This document shows, piece after piece, positions 16,776-25,956 of a stretch of DNA of 38,989 bases (its first letter is position 1; the number at the start of each line of letters is the position of its first letter). The stretch comes from a virus (taxonomy: Duplodnaviria; Caudoviricetes). The notes under the pieces were generated by a model. The model did not search any database. It was not told the DNA's origin and saw nothing but the letters and a program-made list of their open reading frames with translations. The stretch spans positions 1 to 38,989 of the IMG/VR virus record IMGVR_UViG_3300032295_001092; one strand, given 5' to 3'. A program made the translations under genes and the position numbers.

Positions 16776-18786
16776 CATGATTGCACGCTTGGGCGTGGTG
16801 CTAGGCTTAGATTCTGCGGAATTCAGCAAAGGCTTGGAAGCGGCTGGCAAAAAACTGGAACAGTTTGGGCAAGCGGCTGAAAAGTTTGGCAAGATTGGTG
16901 CGACCGCATTGGTTGCCGCAAGTGCCGCGGCTGTTAAATACGCGGACGACCTAGCAGATGTTGCCGAAGCCAATGAAGTGGCAATCGGTACTGTGTTGCA
17001 ATTGTCGGAGGCATTGGCAAATTCCGGTGGCAAAGCAGACAACGCGGGAAAAATGCTTTCTGCGTTTGCCAAATTTATTGACGAAGCGGCTGGTGGTTCA
17101 GAAAAAGCCCAAAAAACTGCCGCCATGTTGGGCGTTTCGTTAAAAGATTTAGGAAAATTATCTCAAGAAGAATTGCTGGACAAGTTAGTTGCTAACCTAG
17201 CAAAAGTTGAAGACCCAATTACACGCAATGCGCAAGCAATGGAAATATTTTCCAAAGCGGCTAAAGGCGTGGACATGGTTGGCTTTGCGGAAAAAATGTC
17301 CAAAGCCAATCCGCTTATTGAGGAACAAGAAAAAGCAGTCAAAGCCGCGGCTGACACATACGATTTGTTAGCAACAACGTCTCGCAATGTGATGTTGACA
17401 TTGGCAACGGAACTTGGTCCTGTATTAAAAGCAACGATTGATTACATCAAAAGTTTGGCTGGCGAAACCAATCTGCTTGGTCCTATATTTAAAACTGTTT
17501 TCCAAACCATCGCAATAACAATTGCTGATGTGTCATTTGTCTTGGGTGGTTTATTAAGACAAATGCAATTGACGGCAACAATATTCAAAAGTTTTATTCC
17601 GTCTTATGGCGATGAAGAATTTGAAAACGCATTTGGTAAAAAGGAAATTGCCGACATTATTGCTCGGCAAGACCTTGATAGGTTCTCAAACAAGATTTTA
17701 GGCGTTAGTGAATACGGCAATTCCATTGACGCAATGATGAACAAAGGTTCGTCAACATCTGGCAAATCAGGTGGTGGTCGCGCTGTTACCGATGCTGGTG
17801 AGAAAGAACGTCAACGCAAAGCCGAAGCCGCTGAAAAAGAAAGATTGCGCCAATTAGAAAAATACCGCCAAGAATTGCAACGCCTTGACAAAATCATGTT
17901 GGACGTTGAAGGCAAAGAAAACAATGCATTTACAGATTCCCTGAGAAGAATTGAAAATGAAGAACATTCTTTAAAAATTAAAAATGGAATTTTCCAACTT
18001 GAACAACAGACTAAAGATTTGCGTTCTGAAGATACACAGTTGGTTAAAGATTTGTATTTGCTTGACCAACAAAGATTAAAAAACATCAGAGAAATAAATC
18101 AAAACAATAACTTGGATATACACGCAAAACATTATTTGATTGAACAACAAAACGCCTTAACAGAAGCAAGCAATCAATATGCGCAAGCACAATACAACGC
18201 AGTTTTGGCGCAACGCAAAGGAACTTTTGAAGAAGGTTTTGCCAAATCAATGAGAACATTTTTACGTGATTTGCCAACAGAATTGGAATTAGGAGCAAAA
18301 GCATTTCAATCAGTAATGGGCAACATGGAATCTGCTATTGATAGATTTGTAAGGACAGGCAAACTTGGATTTAAAGATTTAGCACGTAGCATTATTCAAG
18401 ACATGATTGCCATGCAAATGAAAGCCACGGCATCAGGGTTTTTAAATGCTTTGTTTGGCTCAATGTTTGGCATGGGAGCAAATCCATATCAACCAGCCGC
18501 GGTGATGGGAATGCCCGGATATGCCGATGGTGGAAATCCTGTTGTTGGGCGACCAAGCATTGTTGGTGAACGTGGACCCGAATTGTTTGTTCCGCGCACG
18601 GCTGGGACAATCATTCCAAATCATGCGTTATCGGGCGTTGGTGGCACGACAAACGTGACAAACAATTACATTAATGCAATTGACACAAAATCATTTGAAG
18701 ATAGGCTGTTGGGTAGTTCGACTGCTATTTGGGCGGCTAATAAGTATGGTGAGAAAAACCTTGCTACAAATTTCGGGAGAACGTAA
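16768..18786 (+). CDS. Tail tape measure protein
   Basis: IARLGVVLGLDSAEF start; Ala/Lys-rich helical body; FVRTGKLGFKDLARSII and YADGG..VGERGPELFVP. Confidence 0.92.
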   Translation: MANMIARLGVVLGLDSAEFSKGLEAAGKKLEQFGQAAEKFGKIGATALVAASAAAVKYADDLADVAEANEVAIGTVLQLSEALANSGGKADNAGKMLSAFAKFIDEAAGGSEKAQKTAAMLGVSLKDLGKLSQEELLDKLVANLAKVEDPITRNAQAMEIFSKAAKGVDMVGFAEKMSKANPLIEEQEKAVKAAADTYDLLATTSRNVMLTLATELGPVLKATIDYIKSLAGETNLLGPIFKTVFQTIAITIADVSFVLGGLLRQMQLTATIFKSFIPSYGDEEFENAFGKKEIADIIARQDLDRFSNKILGVSEYGNSIDAMMNKGSSTSGKSGGGRAVTDAGEKERQRKAEAAEKERLRQLEKYRQELQRLDKIMLDVEGKENNAFTDSLRRIENEEHSLKIKNGIFQLEQQTKDLRSEDTQLVKDLYLLDQQRLKNIREINQNNNLDIHAKHYLIEQQNALTEASNQYAQAQYNAVLAQRKGTFEEGFAKSMRTFLRDLPTELELGAKAFQSVMGNMESAIDRFVRTGKLGFKDLARSIIQDMIAMQMKATASGFLNALFGSMFGMGANPYQPAAVMGMPGYADGGNPVVGRPSIVGERGPELFVPRTAGTIIPNHALSGVGGTTNVTNNYINAIDTKSFEDRLLGSSTAIWAANKYGEKNLATNFGRT

Positions 18787-19436
18787 TGTCGTTTCAAACA
18801 ATATTTGACATTCAACAATCTTTGACGGTTAATAATCGTAGAACGGTTGGACAACAAGTCAGTCGTTCGGGTCAGGTTCGTGTTGCGCAATACCTTACAT
18901 CTGTGCCATGGGTGTTTACTGTAACGCCTCACAATTATTTGTATTACCCGCAAGTGCGAAACGTCATACAAGCAATTGACAATAAAGACAGACAATTGCC
19001 TGAGACCATTTCGTTTGCCAGTTCAACGTTGTCATGGTTTACAGCGTATCAAGGAAGCCTGTCAACAGTTCAAGCCAATGCGTTGACGTTGGCATCTGTC
19101 CCTGCGGCTAATTCAACAACCATAACTGTGGGCAATTTGCCATCCGTGTCGTCCAGCGATTTTGTATTTAAAGCGGGTGATTTTCTGCAATTGGGTTTGT
19201 ATCCGTACAAAGTAACCGAAAACGTTTTGCGTGGTTCAGCATCAACTGTTACTGTTACCTTACATCGACCCGTTATTGGCACGCCTAGCACCGGCACATT
19301 AACAGCGGTTGGAAGTGCTTGCACGTTTTACGTGTTGGCAGAATCATGCCCGACATATACACTTAACCCAATGACCAATGGTGCATTTGTGCAATGGGAT
19401 TCTCCATTTGTGTTTCGTGAGGACATCATAGGATGA
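18786..19436 (+). CDS. Distal-tail-like protein
   Basis: Follows the tape measure gene; FKAGDFLQLG; ends FVFRE. Confidence 0.65.
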   Translation: MSFQTIFDIQQSLTVNNRRTVGQQVSRSGQVRVAQYLTSVPWVFTVTPHNYLYYPQVRNVIQAIDNKDRQLPETISFASSTLSWFTAYQGSLSTVQANALTLASVPAANSTTITVGNLPSVSSSDFVFKAGDFLQLGLYPYKVTENVLRGSASTVTVTLHRPVIGTPSTGTLTAVGSACTFYVLAESCPTYTLNPMTNGAFVQWDSPFVFREDIIG

Positions 19437-20077
19437 GTACAACAATTGCGGCTTTATCTAGCCCATCAATTAACTATGGCGAATTTGTCAAACTGACAAC
19501 TGCCACAAATACATACACGTTTTGCAATGCCGCTTCGCCCATAACGGTAAGTGGAACCACGTACAGCAATTTGGGTAGCCTGTTAAGCATTGGCGACATT
19601 AAACGTGAAACCAAAGCGACAAGCGGTGATTTAACCATTTCGTTAACTGGTGTTGACGGGGCAAACGTTGCCGTTATTCTTGGCGCGGACATTAAAGGTT
19701 CGCTGGTTGAAGTATGGCGCGGTTTTTTTGATGCAAACAACCAAATTATTACATCGCCCACGTTGCAGTTTTTTAAACGCTATCAAGGTTATGTCGGCAA
19801 TTTTTCTGTGACGGAAGATTGGAATGAACAAATGCGCAGTCGTGTGGCAACTTGTTCCATCAGTTGTTCATCGTTCCGTACCATTTTGCAAAATCGAATC
19901 AGCGGATTAAAAACCAATCCATCCGTGTGGAAGAATTTTTATCCAAACGACACAAGCATGGACAGAGTGCCCGTCATTGCTTCAACGTATTTTGATTTTG
20001 GCGCGCCACCCGTTCAAGGCAGTCAATCGGCTACCAATGCACCTTCTGATTCTGGGTACGCAAGCGACGGTATGTAA
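19433..20077 (+). CDS. Tail tip/hub protein
   Basis: YSNLGSLLSI, LTISLTGVD and VEVWRGFFD motifs; position in tail module. Confidence 0.65.
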   Translation: MSTTIAALSSPSINYGEFVKLTTATNTYTFCNAASPITVSGTTYSNLGSLLSIGDIKRETKATSGDLTISLTGVDGANVAVILGADIKGSLVEVWRGFFDANNQIITSPTLQFFKRYQGYVGNFSVTEDWNEQMRSRVATCSISCSSFRTILQNRISGLKTNPSVWKNFYPNDTSMDRVPVIASTYFDFGAPPVQGSQSATNAPSDSGYASDGM

Positions 20078-20080
20078 AAC

Positions 20081-20527
20081 ATGATAAGACAAGCCACACG
20101 ACACGATATTCCAGTTTTGGTATGGATGATGCGGGAATACGCAAAAGAAGCGCCTATACCCGCTTTAGCCAATCCTGAGACGCATGACGCGGAACACGTT
20201 GGGCATTTAATTTTCCAAATGTTAAGCGGTCGCGGTTTTATTTTGATTGATGACGACCACCGAGGCATGATTGCGGCAATTATTACAAACAACGTGTGGT
20301 GTCCAAAGATATTAGAACTGCGCGAATTGGCGTGGTGGGTGATGCCAAAGCATCGCGGTAAATCTTTGGGTGGCAGATTGTGGATTAAATTTGACGAACT
20401 CGCACAAGAAATGCTGAACAACAAGCGAGTGGATTTTGTTTGTACGACGGTTATGGCAAACTCGCCATTGATAGATTACACAAAGCGGGGTTATCAACCG
20501 CTGGAAGCAACATTCTTTAGGGATTAA
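20081..20527 (+). CDS. GNAT-fold protein in the tail module
   Basis: MIRQATRHDIP, ELAWWVMPKHRGKSLGGRL and YTKRGY motifs. Confidence 0.85.
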   Translation: MIRQATRHDIPVLVWMMREYAKEAPIPALANPETHDAEHVGHLIFQMLSGRGFILIDDDHRGMIAAIITNNVWCPKILELRELAWWVMPKHRGKSLGGRLWIKFDELAQEMLNNKRVDFVCTTVMANSPLIDYTKRGYQPLEATFFRD

Positions 20528-20529
20528 AA

Positions 20530-23500
20530 ATGCCATCAACACTCGTATTAGCCGCAATGGGGCTTGAATTAACGGGCATGACATTGCTTGCGGCAAGGTT
20601 TGCCATTAATTTTGCGGTGTCAATGATTGTTACTCGTGCGTTTGGTGCGTCGGGGGCAAATCAAACGGTGGACAATGGTGTACGTCAACAAGTGCCGCCA
20701 GCAACAACCAACAGCATTCCAATCGTTTATGGCGATGCTTATTTGGGTGGCGCGTTTGTGGATGCGGTTTTGTCGACCGACCAAAAGACAATGTATTACG
20801 TGCTTGCGGTTTCTCAAATCAGCCCAAGCGGACAATTCTCGTTTGACACAACCAAAATGTATTGGCAAGACCAATTGATTGGTTTTGATGGCACAGATCA
20901 AACCAAAGTCATTACATTGACCGATGGTGCAGGGAATGTACAAACCAAGATTTCGGGCAATTTAAACATTTATTTGTATAAATCAGACGAAGCGGGGGTT
21001 ATTACAGCCCTTAATGGCACAGCGTTGCCTAGTTCCGTAATGGGCGGTTCAGACATTGCTGTTGCGCAAAGATGGCCTTCAAGCGGTCGTCAAATGAACG
21101 GCTTGGCGTTTGCAATCATAAAAATGGTTTACAACCGCGATGCTGGCACTACGCAAATGCAACCCATTACGTTTAAAGCGTCGCATTATTTAAATGGTGC
21201 TGGCGTTGCAAAACCGGGCGATGTTTGGTACGACTACATTACAAACACAAAATACGGTTGCGCAATGGACACAACCATTGTGGACGCAACGACGGCAATT
21301 GCGTTAAACATATATTCTGACCAGACAATAACGTATCAACCCGCAAGTGGTGGTAGCGCAACGCAAGCACGTTATCGCATCAATGGCGTTATGGATACAG
21401 GTCAAGACGTGTTGTCAAACCTTGACCAAATCATGATGGCTTGCGATTCATGGAATCAATATAACGCGGCTACAGGCAAATGGTCTATTGTCATTAACAA
21501 AGCAGAATCCGCATCGTTTGCGTTTAACGATTCAAATATTGTTGGCGAAATTCGGGTCAGCGCGTTTGACATTGCTTCAAGCATTAATCAAATTCAAGCG
21601 CAATTCCCAAGCAAATTAAATCGAGACCAATCCGATTACGTATTTTTAAACACGCCTTCAGGGTTGTTGTTTGCTAACGAGCCAATAAACAAATACACGC
21701 TTAATTTGAGCATGGTCAATGATTCCGTGCAAGCGCAATATTTGGCAAACAGAATGCTTGAGCAAGCGCGTGAAGATTTAATTGTGACGTTCTCAACGAC
21801 ATATAACGGCATCCAAGTGGACGCTGGTGATGTGATTAGCGTTACCAATTCCGCATACGGTTGGACAGATAAATTGTTCCGCGTTATCAAAGTGTCCGAA
21901 GCATCTTTGCCCGATGGCAATTTGGGCGCGGCATTGGAATTAAACGAATACAACTCTGCGGTGTATGACGATTATTCCATTACAGCGTTTACGGCTACAC
22001 CAAACAGCAATCTGTCAAACCCAAATTTCTTTAGCAATCTGACAGCGCCTAACGTTACAAACATTAACACCACAGCGACCATCCCACATTTTGATGTGTT
22101 ATGTGGAATTCCTGCAACGGGTCGCGTGACAGAAGTTACTTTGTTTTACACAAACGTTTCCAGCCCAACAACAACAGATTGGAAAGTTTGGAGCGTTCAA
22201 ACCGCTTCCAATTCGCAACCGTTTGTGCCATCAACAAGCCTTGAATTTAGCGATTTAAATTTGCCAACTGATACGTATTATTTTGCGTTTAAAGTTGCCA
22301 ATGAATCGGGCGCGTCATTGTTGTCAGCAACATCTACATCGTTTAGTTGGTCGCCTAACCCAACCACATCTGCGGTGGCTGGTACGTTCTTGGCAACGTT
22401 TTCGCCAATCGTTATGCAAGTGCCACGTAATTCGTCGCTTGTGCCAGCGTTTACGGGTTTGATTACGCAACTGTACGGTTCTGCGGCTGGTGGCGCAATT
22501 GATTTTGTGGCATCTCAAACAGATGCAGACGCGGCATTTGTAAACAATACATGGCGCATTGGTGCATCAGCCACAACTGGTTATGGCGACATTACCACGT
22601 CGGGCGGTTTGTCTGTGCCTACGCCTACGGACGGGGGTACGTTTGCTGAATGGGGCATTCCAACAGCAATGACTTCATCGCCAGCCAATCTTATTGTGCC
22701 TGTGCGTTACAAATCCGCATTGGGTACGGTGTCGCAAGGCGCGACGGCTACATTGCAATTTGTTTTTGTTGACCAAGGAGCAACGGGAAATCCGGGCACA
22801 AACGGAAATCAATCTGCTGACGTTGCTTTATATCAATGGTCAACTGTTACGCCTTCCAATCCAAGCGGTCAATCTACATATACGTGGGCAACAGCCACAA
22901 ATTCTGCTTACACGGGTGGTGGTGGATGGACAACAACCATTCCATCAAATCCGGGTACGGCTGGTTTGCAATTATGGACTGCAATTAAACCAACTGTGGT
23001 AACTGTAGGAACTGCCACATCGACTGTTGCTTGGAATACTGGTTACACAATATCGTCATTGACAACAAACGGGGCAAACGGTGCAAACGGGACAAACGGA
23101 ACAAACGGTGCAAATGGTTTGCAAACCGCGCGTCCTACAGTTTATAAATGGGCTATAACAATTCCTGCAAGTCCTTCAGGAACATCAACATACACATGGG
23201 CAAGTGATTCGTTTACACCTGACCCATCTGGTTGGTCGCAAACTATTACTACTGCTCCTAGTGCAGGGTTTACATTGTGGGCGGCAACAGTAAACATATC
23301 TGACACAGCAACGGCTACGACAACATCCATTAATTGGGGTTTGTCTGGCATTGTTGCATCTGGTTACGCGGGTACAAATGGCGCTAATGGCACAAACGGC
23401 ACAAACGGAACCAATGGCACGCGCACGGCTGTTTTGGAAATGTATCAATGGTCTGTATCCGCACCAACATTATTTCCAAGCGGTACGTCAACTTATACAT

Positions 23501-24939
23501 GGGCAACGGGTCAATTTACCGCGCCAGCAACAACCAATGGTTGGTCATTGACACCACCAGCGGCTGTGCTTGGACAAACGCTTTGGATTTGCCGAACTGT
23601 TTACGCGGATTCAAACACAACTGCAACGACAAGCATTACGTGGAACGCTACTGCGGCTTATGCGGCTGGCGCGTCTGGTTCAAATGGTGCAACAGGCAAT
23701 CCGGGTGCAGACGGGGCTAATGGTGCGCGTACAGCAATTTTGGAACTTTATCGTTGGGCGGCAACAACGCCAACATCGTTTCCGTCTGGCACTTCGACGT
23801 ACACATGGTCGTCTGGCGCGTTTACTTTACCCGCAACACCTAATGGATGGTCATTGTTACCGGGCGCGTCTAGCGCGGGTTTTACGTTGTATGGATGTCA
23901 AGTTACGTATGTAGATAATCTGACCACAGCGACAAGCACCGTCACTTGGTCTACATCGACAGCGTATGCAATTGGTGCGGCTGGTTCTAACGGGGCAAAC
24001 GGCACAAACGGGACGAATGGAGCCAACGGTGCAAACGGCATTGACGGATTGTCGTCACGTATTTGTTATGCCAAATCCACATCCACATCGTTAAACCCAA
24101 CCCCTGCCACTTATGTGACAACGGGCGTGGGTGCGTTCCCTCCAACAAACACATGGGGCGGTGCTGAAACGTGGGTGGCGACACCGCCAGCGTTAACTGC
24201 GGGTGAAGCGTTGTTCCAATCGGACGGTATTTTTAACCCTGCAACAACGCAAACAACGTGGAACGTTCCTTACCTTTCCAATTTAAAGGTCGGTAGCCTA
24301 TCTGCAATTACTGCTAACTTGGGAACTATTACGTCAGGTGCAATCAGCGGTACATCGTTGACTGTTGGGTCATCACCTGCTGTATCTGGCACAAGCATGA
24401 CAGGTGCGGGTGCAAAAATCAATACTGATGGCACATTTGCTATTGGTAATTCAACAACAAATATTTCTTTTAACAACACACAAATGACGCTTAACGGCAA
24501 TGTGGTTGCTACTGGAAACATCAATAACAATGCAACTTCATCTTTAACTGGAGCATTATCAAATACGCAACCGTTAAGCGTAATGAATTACAACACCGAT
24601 TACACGCTTTCATATTTGGCAACAACAAGCACGGGACTTACATCTACATGGGTAAACGATATTTATGCAGAAATTTCAGGAGGGTTGAGTCTTGGTTATG
24701 ACGATGTTGCATATCAAGATACGCTTCTGTATTGGATGCAAAAAATTGAAACTGGTGGCGGCACTGAAAAAAATTACTTTACTCCAAGGCAATGGTATTA
24801 CATGGTAAATATTGCTCAAGGTGGCGTAACAATCAATTGGGGTGTTCGTGTTCTACAAAATCCTTTTGGCGCTAATGGTATGTTAGTCCCATACACATTA
24901 AGTAATTGGGCAATGCTTGTATCTCAATTTAAAAGGTGA
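20530..24939 (+). CDS. Tail tip / central fibre protein (J-like) with repeated domains and collagen-like linkers
   Basis: IPIVYG, GDVISVT..YGW..KLFRV and LSAITANLGTITSG motifs; G-X-N runs. Confidence 0.88.
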   Translation: MPSTLVLAAMGLELTGMTLLAARFAINFAVSMIVTRAFGASGANQTVDNGVRQQVPPATTNSIPIVYGDAYLGGAFVDAVLSTDQKTMYYVLAVSQISPSGQFSFDTTKMYWQDQLIGFDGTDQTKVITLTDGAGNVQTKISGNLNIYLYKSDEAGVITALNGTALPSSVMGGSDIAVAQRWPSSGRQMNGLAFAIIKMVYNRDAGTTQMQPITFKASHYLNGAGVAKPGDVWYDYITNTKYGCAMDTTIVDATTAIALNIYSDQTITYQPASGGSATQARYRINGVMDTGQDVLSNLDQIMMACDSWNQYNAATGKWSIVINKAESASFAFNDSNIVGEIRVSAFDIASSINQIQAQFPSKLNRDQSDYVFLNTPSGLLFANEPINKYTLNLSMVNDSVQAQYLANRMLEQAREDLIVTFSTTYNGIQVDAGDVISVTNSAYGWTDKLFRVIKVSEASLPDGNLGAALELNEYNSAVYDDYSITAFTATPNSNLSNPNFFSNLTAPNVTNINTTATIPHFDVLCGIPATGRVTEVTLFYTNVSSPTTTDWKVWSVQTASNSQPFVPSTSLEFSDLNLPTDTYYFAFKVANESGASLLSATSTSFSWSPNPTTSAVAGTFLATFSPIVMQVPRNSSLVPAFTGLITQLYGSAAGGAIDFVASQTDADAAFVNNTWRIGASATTGYGDITTSGGLSVPTPTDGGTFAEWGIPTAMTSSPANLIVPVRYKSALGTVSQGATATLQFVFVDQGATGNPGTNGNQSADVALYQWSTVTPSNPSGQSTYTWATATNSAYTGGGGWTTTIPSNPGTAGLQLWTAIKPTVVTVGTATSTVAWNTGYTISSLTTNGANGANGTNGTNGANGLQTARPTVYKWAITIPASPSGTSTYTWASDSFTPDPSGWSQTITTAPSAGFTLWAATVNISDTATATTTSINWGLSGIVASGYAGTNGANGTNGTNGTNGTRTAVLEMYQWSVSAPTLFPSGTSTYTWATGQFTAPATTNGWSLTPPAAVLGQTLWICRTVYADSNTTATTSITWNATAAYAAGASGSNGATGNPGADGANGARTAILELYRWAATTPTSFPSGTSTYTWSSGAFTLPATPNGWSLLPGASSAGFTLYGCQVTYVDNLTTATSTVTWSTSTAYAIGAAGSNGANGTNGTNGANGANGIDGLSSRICYAKSTSTSLNPTPATYVTTGVGAFPPTNTWGGAETWVATPPALTAGEALFQSDGIFNPATTQTTWNVPYLSNLKVGSLSAITANLGTITSGAISGTSLTVGSSPAVSGTSMTGAGAKINTDGTFAIGNSTTNISFNNTQMTLNGNVVATGNINNNATSSLTGALSNTQPLSVMNYNTDYTLSYLATTSTGLTSTWVNDIYAEISGGLSLGYDDVAYQDTLLYWMQKIETGGGTEKNYFTPRQWYYMVNIAQGGVTINWGVRVLQNPFGANGMLVPYTLSNWAMLVSQFKR
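22777..24260 (+). repeat. Four (plus one degenerate) ~100-aa repeats separated by (G-X-N)n
   Basis: Each unit reads Y.W...P..PSG.STYTW....GW...G..L[WY]. Confidence 0.9.
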
Positions 24940-24943
24940 AAAA

Positions 24944-25375
24944 ATGAATCAATATTACACAATATTTTCTAAAGTTACTGGTGCTATACGGGTTGTTTTA
25001 TCTTGTTCTGAAACCGATTTGACATTTAATTACGATGCGGAAAAAGAATCTTTTTTGCAACAAAACATAGATGGAAGCAAATACTACATTGATGTAGCAA
25101 CAAATACATTAGTTGAAATTCCAGAAAAACCTAATTTATGGTCTGATTTTGATTTCACAACAAAACAATGGGTGGGCAATGAAATACGCGCAAAATTTGA
25201 AATTAATCAAAGGCGCAAGCGTTCTTTGCAAGCAACAGATTGGACACAAATTCCCAATAACCCATTGACCACAGAAAAACAATCGGCTTGGGAAACCTAT
25301 CGCCAAGAATTACGGGATATCCCACAACAATCAGGTTATCCGTTTAATGTAATTTGGCCAACACCTCCGACTTGA
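24944..25375 (+). CDS. Tail fibre assembly chaperone-like protein
   Basis: LQATDWTQIP..WETYRQELRDIPQQSGYPFNVIWPTPP. Confidence 0.88.
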   Translation: MNQYYTIFSKVTGAIRVVLSCSETDLTFNYDAEKESFLQQNIDGSKYYIDVATNTLVEIPEKPNLWSDFDFTTKQWVGNEIRAKFEINQRRKRSLQATDWTQIPNNPLTTEKQSAWETYRQELRDIPQQSGYPFNVIWPTPPT

Positions 25376-25400
25376 TTTGGGGCATAATTGCCGCAACACA

Positions 25401-25457
25401 TGACAAGATTTCGTCCCCCGCGAGTACGTAGGGAGCGTCACCAACCTGAGTACAGGA
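25401..25457 (+). promoter_or_regulatory. Structured leader with two hairpins sharing G-AGTA-C loops
   Basis: GCG-AGTA-CGT at 25420-25429 within a longer imperfect stem; CCTG-AGTA-CAGG at 25445-25456 overlapping the RBS. Confidence 0.5.
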
Positions 25458-25464
25458 AATCATC

Positions 25465-25947
25465 ATGGCACTTTTTAGCCAAAATACAATTACGCAAGTC
25501 AGCGGATTCGACAATCCTTTGATTACGGGTGAATTGGTATACAACCAATCGACTTATTGGAATCTAGTTTTTAATTCAAACGGTTCACCAGTTAATCTGA
25601 CTGGTGCAACAATCAACGCGCAAATCGTCCGTCGTACAGTAACCAATCTGCAAGACACGCGCAATGGCTTGTCGTTTAGCATTGGCAATTACGACCCTAC
25701 ACCTACCCCTGTCAACCTGACAATTAGCAACCGTATTGATGCTAACGGCTCATTTACGCTGGTAATTGACGATTCGGCATGGTCATTGATTTCAAGCGAC
25801 CCTGAGTTGGACATTAACGCTGTCAATCCTGCGTGTTTTTCTGGTCGCATCAAAATTTCATTCCCTGCTGGTGGTGGCAATCCTGCTGACGATGGCATCA
25901 TATTCTTGATGTTCTTAGTTCGTTCAGACGGTATTGTTGTTGTTTAA
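25465..25947 (+). CDS. Virion structural protein (possible fibre adaptor)
   Basis: GSPVNLTGATINAQI resembles BppU-N-like adaptors; precedes a fibre gene. Confidence 0.6.
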   Translation: MALFSQNTITQVSGFDNPLITGELVYNQSTYWNLVFNSNGSPVNLTGATINAQIVRRTVTNLQDTRNGLSFSIGNYDPTPTPVNLTISNRIDANGSFTLVIDDSAWSLISSDPELDINAVNPACFSGRIKISFPAGGGNPADDGIIFLMFLVRSDGIVVV

Positions 25948-25956
25948 GGGGAAATC

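Noticed and set aside
23068-24050. CRISPR-like or iteron arrays
   Set aside because: The 9-bp periodicity is explained by Gly-X-Asn codons; there are no spacers.
25445-25460. Hammerhead ribozyme (CTGAGTA...GAAA)
   Set aside because: The core is not CUGANGA and the three-stem arrangement is absent.
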